From NCBI GenBank assembly GCA_964586785.1, contig CAZPHS010000005.1, positions 28,402-92,401 of the forward strand: 64,000 bases of DNA, given 5' to 3'. Each line of letters starts with the position of its first letter. Within the stretch, counting starts at the first letter, position 1. The position numbers and the translations under genes are program-made. The notes under the pieces are model-generated. The model saw only the letters and a program-made list of their open reading frames with translations, was not told the DNA's origin and did not search any database. Below are positions 19,285-29,676 of the stretch, in pieces. This DNA is from an uncultured Christensenellaceae bacterium. GTDB lineage: Bacteria; Bacillota; Clostridia; Christensenellales; SZUA-584.

Positions 19285-19344
19285 TAAAGCTATGTTAACC
19301 TAAAAACAATATTCCACAAACAAATCAAATCAAGGAGGAAAATC

Positions 19345-20694
19345 ATGAAGAAGCAACAAAAAATCGTTCTGGCGGCGCTTTTGTGCCTTGTGATGGTCAT
19401 GACTGTTTTTGCCGGATGCGGGAAAACCGAGGTGCCGGCGGATACCGGCGACCCGGACGCGTCAGCGCCCGTTGTTGTCGAACCGGAGAATATCAGCGGT
19501 ACTATCACCATGCTTACGCACAGGACGGATAGACTTGCGGACGGTACGTTTGACGCGCTGCTCGCACAGTTTAAGGAGAAGTACCCCGGCGCGGACGTAA
19601 AGTTCGAGGGTATTACTGACTATGCCGGCGAGCTGGCCACCCGTGTACAGACCAAAGAATACGGCGATGTGCTGATGATACCCGACGCAGTTCCCGCCAC
19701 AGAGTACCCGCGTTATTTTGAGCCGCTGGGCACCGTGGAAGAGCTTTCCGGCAAATATCGTGAAGAGTACCTGTACTCAAAATGGATCGACGGCAAGGTT
19801 TACGGACTCGCTTACATGAGCACGGTACAGGGCATACTTTACAATAAGGCCGTGTTTGCCGAAGCCGGCATTACCACGCTTCCCAAGACGCCTGAAGAAT
19901 TCCTCGATGCGCTAAGGCTCATTAAAGACAACACCGACGCAATTCCCTATTATACCAACGCGAACTCCGGCTGGCCGCTTAACCAGTGGGAAGACCACTG
20001 CGCAGGTTCGGTAACAGGCGATCCGGATTACAAAAATAACAAGCTTGCTCTTGACAAGCAGGCGTGGGCTCCCGGCAGCTCACACTATGTTGTTGCCAAA
20101 CTGCTCTATGACGTAATCGATCAGGGCCTTTGCGAAGCCGACCCCACAACCTGTGACTGGGAGGCGTCCAAGGGTATGCTCAACCGCGGCGAGATAGGCT
20201 GCATGGTTCTCGGAAACTGGGCGATCTCTCAGATGAAGGAAGCAGGCGACACTCCCGAAAACGTCGGATACATGCCTTTCCCCGTTACGGTCGGCGGCAA
20301 GCAGTATGCGACATCCGCGACGGATTATTGCTACGCCATCAACATCCACAGCGAGAACAAAGATCTCGCACGCGCATGGATCGACTTCCTGCTTGACGAA
20401 TCTGGTATTGCTGTGAGAGAGGGCGGTATCTCGCTGCTCAAGGGCGATCCCATGCCGGGCGGACTCGAAGATTTTGAAGGCGTAATATTTGTGGTGGATA
20501 ATCCGGCGACGGATGAAAACGTTGGCAAGCTGACCGAGGTGGAGATAGAATCGGGTCTCGCGCTCTATGACGAGTCCAGAATGGCGCGCATCGTTGACGC
20601 GGCGCGCAATATATCAGGTGAAACATTCGATGCGATCATGGCTGATCTCAACGCGAAATGGGCGGCCGCGATTGATGTCGTATACGGTGGCTAA
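19345..20694 (+). CDS. Oligosaccharide ABC substrate-binding lipoprotein (manno-oligosaccharides by context)
   Basis: Lipobox FAGC; family-1 SBP features; locus context. Confidence 0.9.
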   Translation: MKKQQKIVLAALLCLVMVMTVFAGCGKTEVPADTGDPDASAPVVVEPENISGTITMLTHRTDRLADGTFDALLAQFKEKYPGADVKFEGITDYAGELATRVQTKEYGDVLMIPDAVPATEYPRYFEPLGTVEELSGKYREEYLYSKWIDGKVYGLAYMSTVQGILYNKAVFAEAGITTLPKTPEEFLDALRLIKDNTDAIPYYTNANSGWPLNQWEDHCAGSVTGDPDYKNNKLALDKQAWAPGSSHYVVAKLLYDVIDQGLCEADPTTCDWEASKGMLNRGEIGCMVLGNWAISQMKEAGDTPENVGYMPFPVTVGGKQYATSATDYCYAINIHSENKDLARAWIDFLLDESGIAVREGGISLLKGDPMPGGLEDFEGVIFVVDNPATDENVGKLTEVEIESGLALYDESRMARIVDAARNISGETFDAIMADLNAKWAAAIDVVYGG

Positions 20695-20736
20695 ACAAGA
20701 ACTGACAACATATCAACTTTAATTCCGGCGTTTGAC

Positions 20737-20770
20737 GCGGGCTGTCCGACATGCCTTTTTGACAGCCCGC
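20737..20770 (+). other. Intercistronic stem-loop after SBP gene
   Basis: GCGGGCTGTC...GACAGCCCGC 10-bp inverted repeat. Confidence 0.6.
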
Positions 20771-20840
20771 TGCTTACCGCCGCCGTGCGATGTCCGTAAC
20801 AGGGCCGGGACGCGAAGCCGGAATGTATAGCGAGGTTCAT

Positions 20841-21791
20841 ATGAAACTTTCAACTTCCGAATCGGGCGTAGCCGGCACAAGCAAAGTGAAGACGATGTTA
20901 TCAAAGCCGCGCGGCATGTCGCAGATCAAGAGCCAGCAGCGGATTACAATCATTTGTTTTCTGGCTATTCCTTTGCTCTTGCTGTTTGTGTTCACATATC
21001 TGCCTTTGGTAGACATGGTCCGGTACAGCTTTTACAAATGGGACGGCTATTCCCAGATGAAGTTTATCGGTTTTGATAACTATATCACCGCGCTGGTTCA
21101 GTCCGAATACTGGGCGGCGTTTCGCACCAGCCTTTATTATCTGGTCGGTTCGCTTGTGCAGATAGCGATTGCGCTGTTCTTTTCTACGCTCTTTTGCTAC
21201 AAAATGCGCGGGCGCAGTTTTTTCAAGGGCGTACTGTTTTTTCCGTCGCTGATGAACGGCGTCGCAATCGGGTTTGTGTTTTTGTATTTTTTCAAAGGCG
21301 GCGGCACGTTGGATACCATATTAGTGGCATTCGGCGTACCCGCGAAGGACATTCCACTGTGGCTTGGCAATATCAACCTGATCAACATTTCGCTGACATT
21401 TGTGTCGGTATGGCGCTATATGGGACAGAACATGGTCATGTTCTCAGGCGCTACGGAGTCAATCAGCGGAGATTTTTTTGAGGCCGCCGAGATCGACGGC
21501 GCGAATAAATGGCAGCAGTTCTGGTATATCATACTGCCGAATATCCGCGGCGTAGTGGCGCTAAACCTGATACTGGCCGTCAAGGGCGCAATCAGCGTGT
21601 ATGAGATACCGTTCGTAATGACGCGCGGAAGCGGGGGTTCGATGACATACGTTATCAAAACGCTGCACACCGCGTTCACGAGCCGGAAGATAGGGCTGGC
21701 GTGCGCTCTGGGTGTGATACTGCTGATTATGGTTCTAATTATATCCGTAATCCAAAAACGGTTCGTGGAAGGCAAGGAGGAGAAAGCGTGA
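20841..21791 (+). CDS. Carbohydrate ABC permease 1
   Basis: GAGG RBS before ATG20841; EAAEIDGANKWQQF EAA motif. Confidence 0.92.
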   Translation: MKLSTSESGVAGTSKVKTMLSKPRGMSQIKSQQRITIICFLAIPLLLLFVFTYLPLVDMVRYSFYKWDGYSQMKFIGFDNYITALVQSEYWAAFRTSLYYLVGSLVQIAIALFFSTLFCYKMRGRSFFKGVLFFPSLMNGVAIGFVFLYFFKGGGTLDTILVAFGVPAKDIPLWLGNINLINISLTFVSVWRYMGQNMVMFSGATESISGDFFEAAEIDGANKWQQFWYIILPNIRGVVALNLILAVKGAISVYEIPFVMTRGSGGSMTYVIKTLHTAFTSRKIGLACALGVILLIMVLIISVIQKRFVEGKEEKA

Positions 21792-22633
21792 AAACAAACA
21801 CACCCGTCAGAACGGCGGTGCTCAAAACGCTCAAATATTTAGTATTGACCGTCGCGGTGCTGATCACGCTGATTCCGTTGCTGGTCGTATTATTAGGCTC
21901 GCTTAAGACTAATCAGGAGCTTTTCAGCACGGGACCGCTCGATCTGCCGCGGAACTGGTTCAATCTGCAAAACTACGTGACAGCGTTCACCGACGGCAAG
22001 ATGCTGCTCGGCTTTTGGAACACGGCGTTGATACTGGCAGCGGCTCTATGTGCCACCGTGCTGTTGGGAGCCATGACGGCGTATGTGCTGAGCCGCTTTC
22101 GCTTCAAGTTTCGCGGCACAATCAAAATGCTTTTTTTGGTGGCGTCGCTGATTCCCAGTATCACCATGCAGATGAGTACGTTTCAGATAATTGTGGGGCT
22201 CGGGCTTTATGATACCATGTGGGCGACGATATTGCTGTTTGCGGGCACGGATATCATCTCTATCTATATTTTCTTGCAGTTCCTCAACGGCATACCGGTC
22301 TCGATTGACAGTGCGGCGATTATGGACGGCGCGTCCTTCCCGCAGATATTTTTCAGGATCATTATGCCGCTGCTAAAGCCGGCCATCGTGACGGTAGTAA
22401 TCATAAAGGGCGTGGCGTTTTACAACGAGTTTTACACGCCGTACCTTTATATGAAGAATCAGAATCTGTCGGTGATATCCACATCTCTCTACCGTTTTCA
22501 GGGACCATATAACACACAGTGGGAGGTAATCTGCGCGGGTATCATAATAACGATGATACCGACATTGGTCATATTCCTGCTGCTGCAAAAATGGATATAC
22601 AGAGGACTGACGGAAGGTTCGGTTAAGGAATAG
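21788..22633 (+). CDS. Carbohydrate ABC permease 2
   Basis: GTG overlapping upstream TGA; SAAIMDGAS EAA-like motif; WIYRGLTEGSVKE. Confidence 0.9.
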   Translation: MKTNTPVRTAVLKTLKYLVLTVAVLITLIPLLVVLLGSLKTNQELFSTGPLDLPRNWFNLQNYVTAFTDGKMLLGFWNTALILAAALCATVLLGAMTAYVLSRFRFKFRGTIKMLFLVASLIPSITMQMSTFQIIVGLGLYDTMWATILLFAGTDIISIYIFLQFLNGIPVSIDSAAIMDGASFPQIFFRIIMPLLKPAIVTVVIIKGVAFYNEFYTPYLYMKNQNLSVISTSLYRFQGPYNTQWEVICAGIIITMIPTLVIFLLLQKWIYRGLTEGSVKE

Positions 22634-22652
22634 AAACGAGGGTTTTGACATC

Positions 22653-23666
22653 ATGGAAAAAATCAAACTGATAATGGGCAAGTCGCTGCCGGATCTGCCT
22701 TGGGAGCCAAGACCGAAAGGATGCGGCGATGTCGTCTGGCGATATTCGGGGAATCCGGTCATAGGGAGAAATCCGATCAAAAACGTGGTACGGATATTCA
22801 ACGGCTCGGTGCTGCCCTATGAAGGCGGCTATATAGGCGTGTTCCGCGGGGAACAGCGCGACGGTATCCCCCATATTTATCTTGGCCGCAGCAAAGACGG
22901 TTTTGTGTGGGGCTTTGAGCAAGAACGTGTCCGTCTTGAGGATACCGGTGGCCGCGAGGTTTGTCTCAAATATGCGTACGATCCGCGTCTTGTCGAAATC
23001 GACGGTACGTATTATTTCATGTGGTGCACGGATAACCACGGCGCCACCATAGGGCTTGCCAAAACAACGGATTTTAAGCGCTTTAGTATTATGGACAATC
23101 CGTTTCTGCCATTCAACCGCAACGCCGTGCTGTTTCCGCGTAAAATCAACGGCAGCTATATTATGTTGTCGCGCCCGAGCGACGGCGGCCACACGCCCTT
23201 CGGCGATGTGTTTTTAAGCGAAAGTCTCGATCTTGTGTATTGGGGCAAACACAAGCATGTGCTTGCGCCCACGGGCAATTGGTGGGAATCCGTCAAGGTT
23301 GGGGGCGGCGCGGTGCCCATTGAAACCAGCGAGGGATGGCTGCTTTTCTACCACGGCGTAACGAGCACCTGCAACGGCTTCGTTTACAGCGTCGGTTGCG
23401 CGCTGCTGGATCGCGAGCGGCCGTGGATCGTGCGTCATCGCAGTAAAAACTTTCTGCTCACGCCCGAGACAGCATACGAAGAGCGCGGCTTTGTGCCCAA
23501 TGTGTGCTTCCCGTGCGCGGCGCTTGTAGACGCTCAGACGGGGCGCATCGCCATATACTACGGCGCGGCGGACAGCTGTGTGGCGCTGGCTTTTGCGTTC
23601 CTAGATGAGATTGTCGCCTATGTGAAGGACAACGGAATGTCTGCCGATGCGGGGAGCGCCAAATGA
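22653..23666 (+). CDS. GH130 beta-1,4-mannooligosaccharide phosphorylase-type enzyme
   Basis: RYSGNPVI, YAYDPR, NRNAVLFPRKING, YYGAADS motifs. Confidence 0.9.
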   Translation: MEKIKLIMGKSLPDLPWEPRPKGCGDVVWRYSGNPVIGRNPIKNVVRIFNGSVLPYEGGYIGVFRGEQRDGIPHIYLGRSKDGFVWGFEQERVRLEDTGGREVCLKYAYDPRLVEIDGTYYFMWCTDNHGATIGLAKTTDFKRFSIMDNPFLPFNRNAVLFPRKINGSYIMLSRPSDGGHTPFGDVFLSESLDLVYWGKHKHVLAPTGNWWESVKVGGGAVPIETSEGWLLFYHGVTSTCNGFVYSVGCALLDRERPWIVRHRSKNFLLTPETAYEERGFVPNVCFPCAALVDAQTGRIAIYYGAADSCVALAFAFLDEIVAYVKDNGMSADAGSAK

Positions 23667-24856
23667 CAAAGTCGATACACACTCTCGCGGAATGGTCCAG
23701 ACACGAGCTTAAAGAACGCATTATTCCGTTTTGGCACGCGCTGCGCGATGATACGCACGGCGGCTTTTGCGGAAGGGTAGATTACAACCTTGATAAGGAC
23801 TGGCAGGCCGACAAGGGCAGCATACTCAACAGCCGCATACTCTGGTTCTTTTCCAACGCGTATATGCTTTTTGGGGACGAAACGCTAATGGACGACGCGA
23901 ACCATGCGTATCGTTTTTTGTGCGATCACTGCCTTGACAGCCGAAACGACGGGGTTTATTGGTCGGTTAAATACGACGGCGCTGTCAGCGATAGCACCAA
24001 GCACACTTATAATCAGGGCTTCGCGATATACGCGTTGTGCGCTTATTACGATGCCACCGGAGACAAGCGCGCACTTAACCGCGCGCATAAGCTGTGTACC
24101 CTCATCGAGAAAAAGTGCCGCGACGATATGGGGTATCTGGAATCGTTCACGGCGGATTTTCTGCCGGAGCCGAACAAAAAGCTTTCTGAAAACGGCGTTA
24201 TCGCCCACCGCACGATGAACACCACGCTGCACGTGCTGGAGGCCTATACCGAGCTTTACCGAATGGGAGGGCGCGCGCAAACCGCCGACCTGCTGCGCAC
24301 GCTGCTAGATATAATCGCCGACAAAATATACGACCCTCAAAAAACGCGGCTGAACGTATTTTTCAATGAGCAGATGGGGCACATTCTTGATCTTGAGTCG
24401 TACGGACACGATATAGAGGCGGCATGGCTTATCGACCGTGCGTGCGCCGTGCTCAAAGACCCCGCGTATTCCGCGAAGCTCGCGCCGCTCACCGCCGCGC
24501 TTGAGCGCAAAACACTTAGCCGCGCGCTGGAAAAATCCATGCTGATCAATGAAAGTTGCAACGGCAAGGAGGATCGCACGAGCATCTGGTGGGTGCAGGC
24601 TGAGGGTGTTGTGGGTTTTGTTAACGCGTATCAGAAAGCGCGGTCTGGCAAAGGGTATCTGAAGGCCGCTTACGACCTTTGGACGCACATTCGTGAAAAT
24701 CAGATAGACCGCCGTACTGGGTCCGAATGGCTCTGGGCTGTGGACGAGAACGCCGTTCCGAAGGAAGATCAGCCGATTGTAAACGAATGGAAATGCCCGT
24801 ATCATAACGGCCGAATGTGCATCGAGCTGATAAGGAGAGCGGCACATGCTTCATGA
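23663..24856 (+). CDS. Cellobiose/mannobiose 2-epimerase (AGE family)
   Basis: [52 protein letters not shown]. Confidence 0.92.
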   Translation: MTKSIHTLAEWSRHELKERIIPFWHALRDDTHGGFCGRVDYNLDKDWQADKGSILNSRILWFFSNAYMLFGDETLMDDANHAYRFLCDHCLDSRNDGVYWSVKYDGAVSDSTKHTYNQGFAIYALCAYYDATGDKRALNRAHKLCTLIEKKCRDDMGYLESFTADFLPEPNKKLSENGVIAHRTMNTTLHVLEAYTELYRMGGRAQTADLLRTLLDIIADKIYDPQKTRLNVFFNEQMGHILDLESYGHDIEAAWLIDRACAVLKDPAYSAKLAPLTAALERKTLSRALEKSMLINESCNGKEDRTSIWWVQAEGVVGFVNAYQKARSGKGYLKAAYDLWTHIRENQIDRRTGSEWLWAVDENAVPKEDQPIVNEWKCPYHNGRMCIELIRRAAHAS

Positions 24857-26021
24857 ACGTTACCGTACCGAGCTTGAAAAGCATCACGCGCTGCTTGCGC
24901 GGAAAAATGAAAGGGCCGGGTTTTACAACGGCCTGTTCGAGCGTTATGAGAACCCGGTGCTCACGCGGGATCATATACCGCTTACCTGGCGGTACGACCT
25001 TGATGCGCGAAGCAACCCGTATTTTATGGAGCGACTTGGCGTCAACGCGGTTTACAACGCGGGCGCGATCGAGATGGACAGCCGCTATTACCTTGTCGCG
25101 CGCGTGGAGGGCAACGACCGCAAATCGTTTTTCGCAGTGGCGCAAAGCGACAGCCCGGTGGACGGCTTTGCGTTCTGGGACTATCCAGTTTGCCTGCCCG
25201 ATACGTGCGCCGAGGAAACCAACGTGTACGATATGCGCCTTACGCGCCATGAAGACGGATACATCTACGGCGTGTTTTGCTCCGAGCGCAAGGATACGGC
25301 ATCGCAAGACGTTTCCGCGGCCATTGCGTTGGCAGGCATTGTACGCACGCGCGACTTGAAAACATGGGAAAGGCTGCCCGATCTCGTGACGCCGCGCTCG
25401 CCGCAGCAGCGTAACGTGGTGTTGCATCCCGAATTTGTGGATGGCTGTTACGCGTTTTATACGCGGCCGATGGACGGCTTTATAGATGCCGGCTCGGGCG
25501 GCGGCATCGGCTTTGGGCTGTGCGCGGATATTGAAAACGCGCACATCAATGAGGAACGTATAATCAGCGCGCGCCGGTACCACACCGTCTCGGAAGCCAA
25601 AAACGGTGCGGGCGCCGTACCCATCAAGACGCCCGAAGGTTGGATACATATAGCGCATGGCGTACGTCATACGGCCGCCGGACTGCGCTACGTGCTGTAC
25701 GCGTTCGCGACGGCGCCAGACGACCCATCGCGGCTGATCGCCGAGCCGTCGGGGCTGCTGCTGGGGCCGCTCGGAGCGGAGCGCGTGGGTGATGTATCCA
25801 ACGTGGTGTTCACCAATGGCGCTATCGCGCGCGATAACGGCGAGGTTTACATATACTACGCGTCGTCCGACACGCGGCTGCATGTGGCATCAACGCATAT
25901 CGAGCGCCTTGTCGATTATGTATTCAATACGCCTGCCGATCCGCTGCGCTCCGCCGATTGTGTGCGGCAGCGCTGCGCGATGATTGATAAAAACGCTGCG
26001 CTGCTGGAAAGCGGGCGGTAG
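24846..26021 (+). CDS. GH130 4-O-beta-D-mannosyl-D-glucose phosphorylase
   Basis: [41 protein letters not shown] motifs; follows the epimerase. Confidence 0.92.
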   Translation: MLHERYRTELEKHHALLARKNERAGFYNGLFERYENPVLTRDHIPLTWRYDLDARSNPYFMERLGVNAVYNAGAIEMDSRYYLVARVEGNDRKSFFAVAQSDSPVDGFAFWDYPVCLPDTCAEETNVYDMRLTRHEDGYIYGVFCSERKDTASQDVSAAIALAGIVRTRDLKTWERLPDLVTPRSPQQRNVVLHPEFVDGCYAFYTRPMDGFIDAGSGGGIGFGLCADIENAHINEERIISARRYHTVSEAKNGAGAVPIKTPEGWIHIAHGVRHTAAGLRYVLYAFATAPDDPSRLIAEPSGLLLGPLGAERVGDVSNVVFTNGAIARDNGEVYIYYASSDTRLHVASTHIERLVDYVFNTPADPLRSADCVRQRCAMIDKNAALLESGR

Positions 26022-26035
26022 CGGAGGATAACGCT

Positions 26036-27076
26036 ATGCCGGTATTTAAGCTTACGCCCGTCTGCAAAAGCTATGTCTGGGGCGGGGCGCGGCTGATAAC
26101 GGAGTTTGGCAAGCGCTGCGAACGCCTGCCGCTGGCCGAGACGTGGGAGCTTTCATGCCATCGGGAAGGCCAGAGCACCATTGCGCAGGGCGTTCACGTA
26201 GGCTGTACGCTTGCGGACTGGCTGGTGTCGGTGGAATGGGATGCGCTCGGGTATAACTGCGCCGGAGATTTTCCGATACTTATTAAGCTTATCGATGCCG
26301 CGCAGGCGCTCTCCGTACAGGTGCATCCGGATGACGATTACGCGGCGGCGCACGAAGGGCAGAGCGGCAAAACCGAGGCGTGGTATATTGTAGATTGTGA
26401 CGCAAATAGTTACATATACTTGGGTTTTACGCGTACGCTGGATACGGAAGAGTTTGTTAGGCGCACCGGGGATGGCACGCTAGCCGAGGTAATGGAAAAA
26501 ATTCCCGTCAAAAAAGGCAACGTTTTTTTTGTGCCGCCGGGTACGGTGCACGCTATTGGCCCGGGGTTACTGATTGCTGAGATACAGCAGTCCTCCAACG
26601 TGACGTACCGCGTGTACGACCATGGGCGTGTTGATATTGATGGCACCGCTCGGGAGCTGCACATCGCACAGGCCTGTGATGTGGCACGGCTGGAACCTGC
26701 GCGCACCGACTACGATTTTAAGGGGCATCTTGTGGACTGCCCGTATTTTACCGTCGACAAGTTGCGTGTACAGGGCGGCGGAATGTATTTCGCGGGTGCG
26801 GATTCGTTTCATTCGCTGCTCGTTCTTGAGGGCGAGGGCGAAATCATTTGCGGCGGCGACGCGTTGCACTTTTGCAGGGGCGACAGCCTTTTTGTGCCGG
26901 CGTGCTCGGGCGAATACGTCGTATCGGGGCGCTGCGAAGCGCTGCTGACTACAATCGGTTCAAAGGCGCGGGCGCATACGGCGGGCGCGATAGACGAAGA
27001 TGCGTATGAAGGAGGGCGGGCTGCTGATGGATTATATGGCGGTGTACGGCGAATGGATTGGCAGTTCGGTTTTTGA
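26036..27076 (+). CDS. Mannose-6-phosphate isomerase, type I
   Basis: YVWGG, AETWELS, PILIKLIDA..LSVQVHPDD, GKTEAWY, EIQQSSNVTYRVYD. Confidence 0.92.
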   Translation: MPVFKLTPVCKSYVWGGARLITEFGKRCERLPLAETWELSCHREGQSTIAQGVHVGCTLADWLVSVEWDALGYNCAGDFPILIKLIDAAQALSVQVHPDDDYAAAHEGQSGKTEAWYIVDCDANSYIYLGFTRTLDTEEFVRRTGDGTLAEVMEKIPVKKGNVFFVPPGTVHAIGPGLLIAEIQQSSNVTYRVYDHGRVDIDGTARELHIAQACDVARLEPARTDYDFKGHLVDCPYFTVDKLRVQGGGMYFAGADSFHSLLVLEGEGEIICGGDALHFCRGDSLFVPACSGEYVVSGRCEALLTTIGSKARAHTAGAIDEDAYEGGRAADGLYGGVRRMDWQFGF

Positions 27077-28742
27077 TGCCCAGACAAGGCAAGAACTGCG
27101 CGCGCTGCGCAGTAACGCCGCCGAAATAGCAGACCGTTTCGGCAAAGAGCTTGAATTTGGTACGGGAGGGCTGCGCGGAATTATAGGCGCGGGCACCAAC
27201 CGTATGAATATATACACGGTGCGCAAGGCCACACAGGGGCTTTGTGATTACATCAGCGCTGTGGGCGGGCGCGAAAAAGGAGTAGCGATAGCATACGATA
27301 CGCGGCGGTTTTCGGAGTTATTTGCCGAGGAAGCGGCCTGTTGTTTGTGTGCCAATGGCATACCAGCCTATGTTTTTTCGGGGCCGGCGCCTACGCCGCA
27401 GCTGTCTTTCGCGGTGCGCGCGCTTCACTGCACGGCGGGCATAGTGATTACCGCGAGCCACAATCCGCCCGAATATAACGGCTATAAGGTGTATGGAGAG
27501 GACGGCGCGCAGATCACACCGCCGCATGACGCGCAGATCATCGCTGCCGTCAGGGGCGTGGCGAGCTACGGCGCGGCCAAAACGATGCCGAAGCGCGAGG
27601 CCATTGACGCGGGGCTTTACCGCATACTTTCTAAAAATATGGATGACGAGTACATCGCCGCGATTAAGCGTCTTAGCTTAACGGATGCGGCGCACGCGCG
27701 GAATCTGACGATTGTCTATACGCCGCTGCACGGCACAGGCGGCGCGCTGACCGCGCGAATACTGGACGAGGCGGGGTTTGGCAACCTTTATATAGTGCCC
27801 GAGCAGGCCGAACCGGACGGCGCTTTCCCCACGGTCAAGTTTCCGAACCCCGAGGATACCGGCGTTTTTGCGTTGGCCGAAAGGTTGGCACTCAGTGTGG
27901 GGGCGGACATCATTCTCGCGACGGACCCGGACGCGGACAGGCTTGGAGCGGGTGTGCGCGACAGCCGTTCGGGCGGATATGTGTATCTTAACGGCAACAT
28001 GACCGGCGCGCTTTTGTGTGATTATATACTCGGCCGACACGCGCGGCGCGGCACGCTGCCCGCCAACGGCGCGGTGGTATCCACCATTGTGTCCGGTAAG
28101 TTAGGCGCTGCCATTGCCGCCGGTTACGGCGTACGCTATTTTGAAACGCTGACCGGGTTTAAATACATCGGCGAAATGATCGACCGTTTCGAGCTTTCGT
28201 CGCACATATTTTTGTTCGGTTACGAGGAAAGTTGCGGATATCTGGCGGGCTCGCACGCGCGCGATAAAGACGCGATATGCGCCGTGATGCTGCTGTGCGA
28301 AGCCGCAGCATATTATAAGGAAAAAGGCAAGACGCTTTGTGAACGGCTGGACGAGCTTTATGAACAATACGGCCATTACCGCGAGAAACTGGTGACTGTT
28401 ACACTTAAAGGCGCCGAGGGAGCCGGCCGGATTGACACGCAAATGGCCGGATTGCGCCGCAACCCACCGCGTACGCTTGGCGATATGCGTGTGAATCGTA
28501 TCCGTGATTATAAGGTTGGTGTAATCGCGGACACGGCCACAGGCGACATACAAAAAACGCAGCTGCCTGTTTCAGATGTGTTGTATTTCGAACTGGACGA
28601 AGGAGCATGGTGCTGCGTCCGGCCTTCGGGTACCGAACCTAAGCTTAAATGCTATTTCGGCGTCAGGGGAGAAGACGACGCCGATGCGATGCGAAGGCTT
28701 AAAGCTCTGGAAATGGCGCTAAAGCCGGTGCTGGCGGTCTAA
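27027..28742 (+). CDS. Phosphoglucomutase/phosphomannomutase
   Basis: FGTGGLRG, ITASHNP, TDPDADR, GYEES, RPSGTEPK; GGAGGG RBS before ATG27027. Confidence 0.93.
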   Translation: MDYMAVYGEWIGSSVFDAQTRQELRALRSNAAEIADRFGKELEFGTGGLRGIIGAGTNRMNIYTVRKATQGLCDYISAVGGREKGVAIAYDTRRFSELFAEEAACCLCANGIPAYVFSGPAPTPQLSFAVRALHCTAGIVITASHNPPEYNGYKVYGEDGAQITPPHDAQIIAAVRGVASYGAAKTMPKREAIDAGLYRILSKNMDDEYIAAIKRLSLTDAAHARNLTIVYTPLHGTGGALTARILDEAGFGNLYIVPEQAEPDGAFPTVKFPNPEDTGVFALAERLALSVGADIILATDPDADRLGAGVRDSRSGGYVYLNGNMTGALLCDYILGRHARRGTLPANGAVVSTIVSGKLGAAIAAGYGVRYFETLTGFKYIGEMIDRFELSSHIFLFGYEESCGYLAGSHARDKDAICAVMLLCEAAAYYKEKGKTLCERLDELYEQYGHYREKLVTVTLKGAEGAGRIDTQMAGLRRNPPRTLGDMRVNRIRDYKVGVIADTATGDIQKTQLPVSDVLYFELDEGAWCCVRPSGTEPKLKCYFGVRGEDDADAMRRLKALEMALKPVLAV

Positions 28743-28744
28743 AC

Positions 28745-28872
28745 GGGACGTTTGCCGTAAGGCGAGAGGCTCGATTCGCCGCTTAACTCTAAACGGCGCG
28801 TTTACAAGCCGATAGCCGGCAAACCCATGGTTTCTTACGGAAGAGGGGAGCAAGGCGAACTTTGCTCCGTCG
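28745..28872 (-). repeat. Structured element B (CCA-CGWC-stem-CCTYTT-stem architecture), unnamed
   Basis: Minus strand CCA|CGAC GGAGCAAAG TTCG CCTTGCTCC CCTCTT CCGTAAG...CTTACGG; same layout as element A next to the tRNA. Confidence 0.55.
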
Positions 28873-28953
28873 TGGAATGCTTTGACTAAAAAGATATCGT
28901 TCGGATTCCATGGATAAGTGAGTAACCGCAAAAGACAGTGCGCAACATGGCCA

Positions 28954-29676
28954 TCATAAATCCTTTATCATAAGGAAGTCTTCATGTCCTGCGTGGTCGA
29001 GCCGCTCGCCCGACACCCTATATCCGAGCCGCTGATAAAACCGCACGGCAGGATTATTCTTTTGTACCGAAAGCGAGGTCTGTTTATATCCGTTTTCGCG
29101 CAACACTTTAAACAGTTTTTTCATAAGCTTAGTTCCAATACCATAGCCACGGAATTCGGGTAAAATTGATATGGCAAGTTCAGGTATATAATTATCAATG
29201 TGTCCATAAGCCGGGACAATGCGCGTCCATGCCGCACCGATTACTTGCCCGTTCTGTTCAGCAACGACCCCCAAGTCTCCCGCCTGTACTCCAAACTCCT
29301 TTATATAAATAAATATCTCCGGCTCGTTGATAACGCTTCGTGGCGGTGGTTCTTTTTCTTCGGGAATGAAAATTGCCTGATACAAAAACTCAGGCAGGCA
29401 TACATAATCGGATTCTCGCATCACACGGACTTTGGCGTTTATTTTGTGCGCCGTGATGATCGTGTAGCTATGCGTATTGATGGTGATGACGACACCGCCG
29501 CTATACACATACCAGTTCTTGCCTTGCCCAATGATAATATCCGAACGCTTCACAACATCCTTACACCAACCCACAACATCATCTGTTTGCAAATTAAGAT
29601 GGCGCTTTATCCGCGCTTTTCCCAATTCCGTTGTATGGAGTTTATCAAGGCTTGCGATTAAGTCTTTCAATTGCAT
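28954..29676 (-). CDS. DUF3781-like domain fused to GNAT acetyltransferase
   Basis: N-term LHTTELGKARIKRHL...GKNWYV...TIITAHK; C-term ELAISILPEFRGYGIGTKLM...SLSVQKNNPAVRFYQRLGY. Confidence 0.8.
   Translation of the reverse strand: MQLKDLIASLDKLHTTELGKARIKRHLNLQTDDVVGWCKDVVKRSDIIIGQGKNWYVYSGGVVITINTHSYTIITAHKINAKVRVMRESDYVCLPEFLYQAIFIPEEKEPPPRSVINEPEIFIYIKEFGVQAGDLGVVAEQNGQVIGAAWTRIVPAYGHIDNYIPELAISILPEFRGYGIGTKLMKKLFKVLRENGYKQTSLSVQKNNPAVRFYQRLGYRVSGERLDHAGHEDFLMIKDL

Noticed and set aside
24621-25883. 420-aa minus-strand ORF
   Set aside because: Antisense shadow of the well-supported GH130 gene in GC-rich DNA; no recognisable motifs
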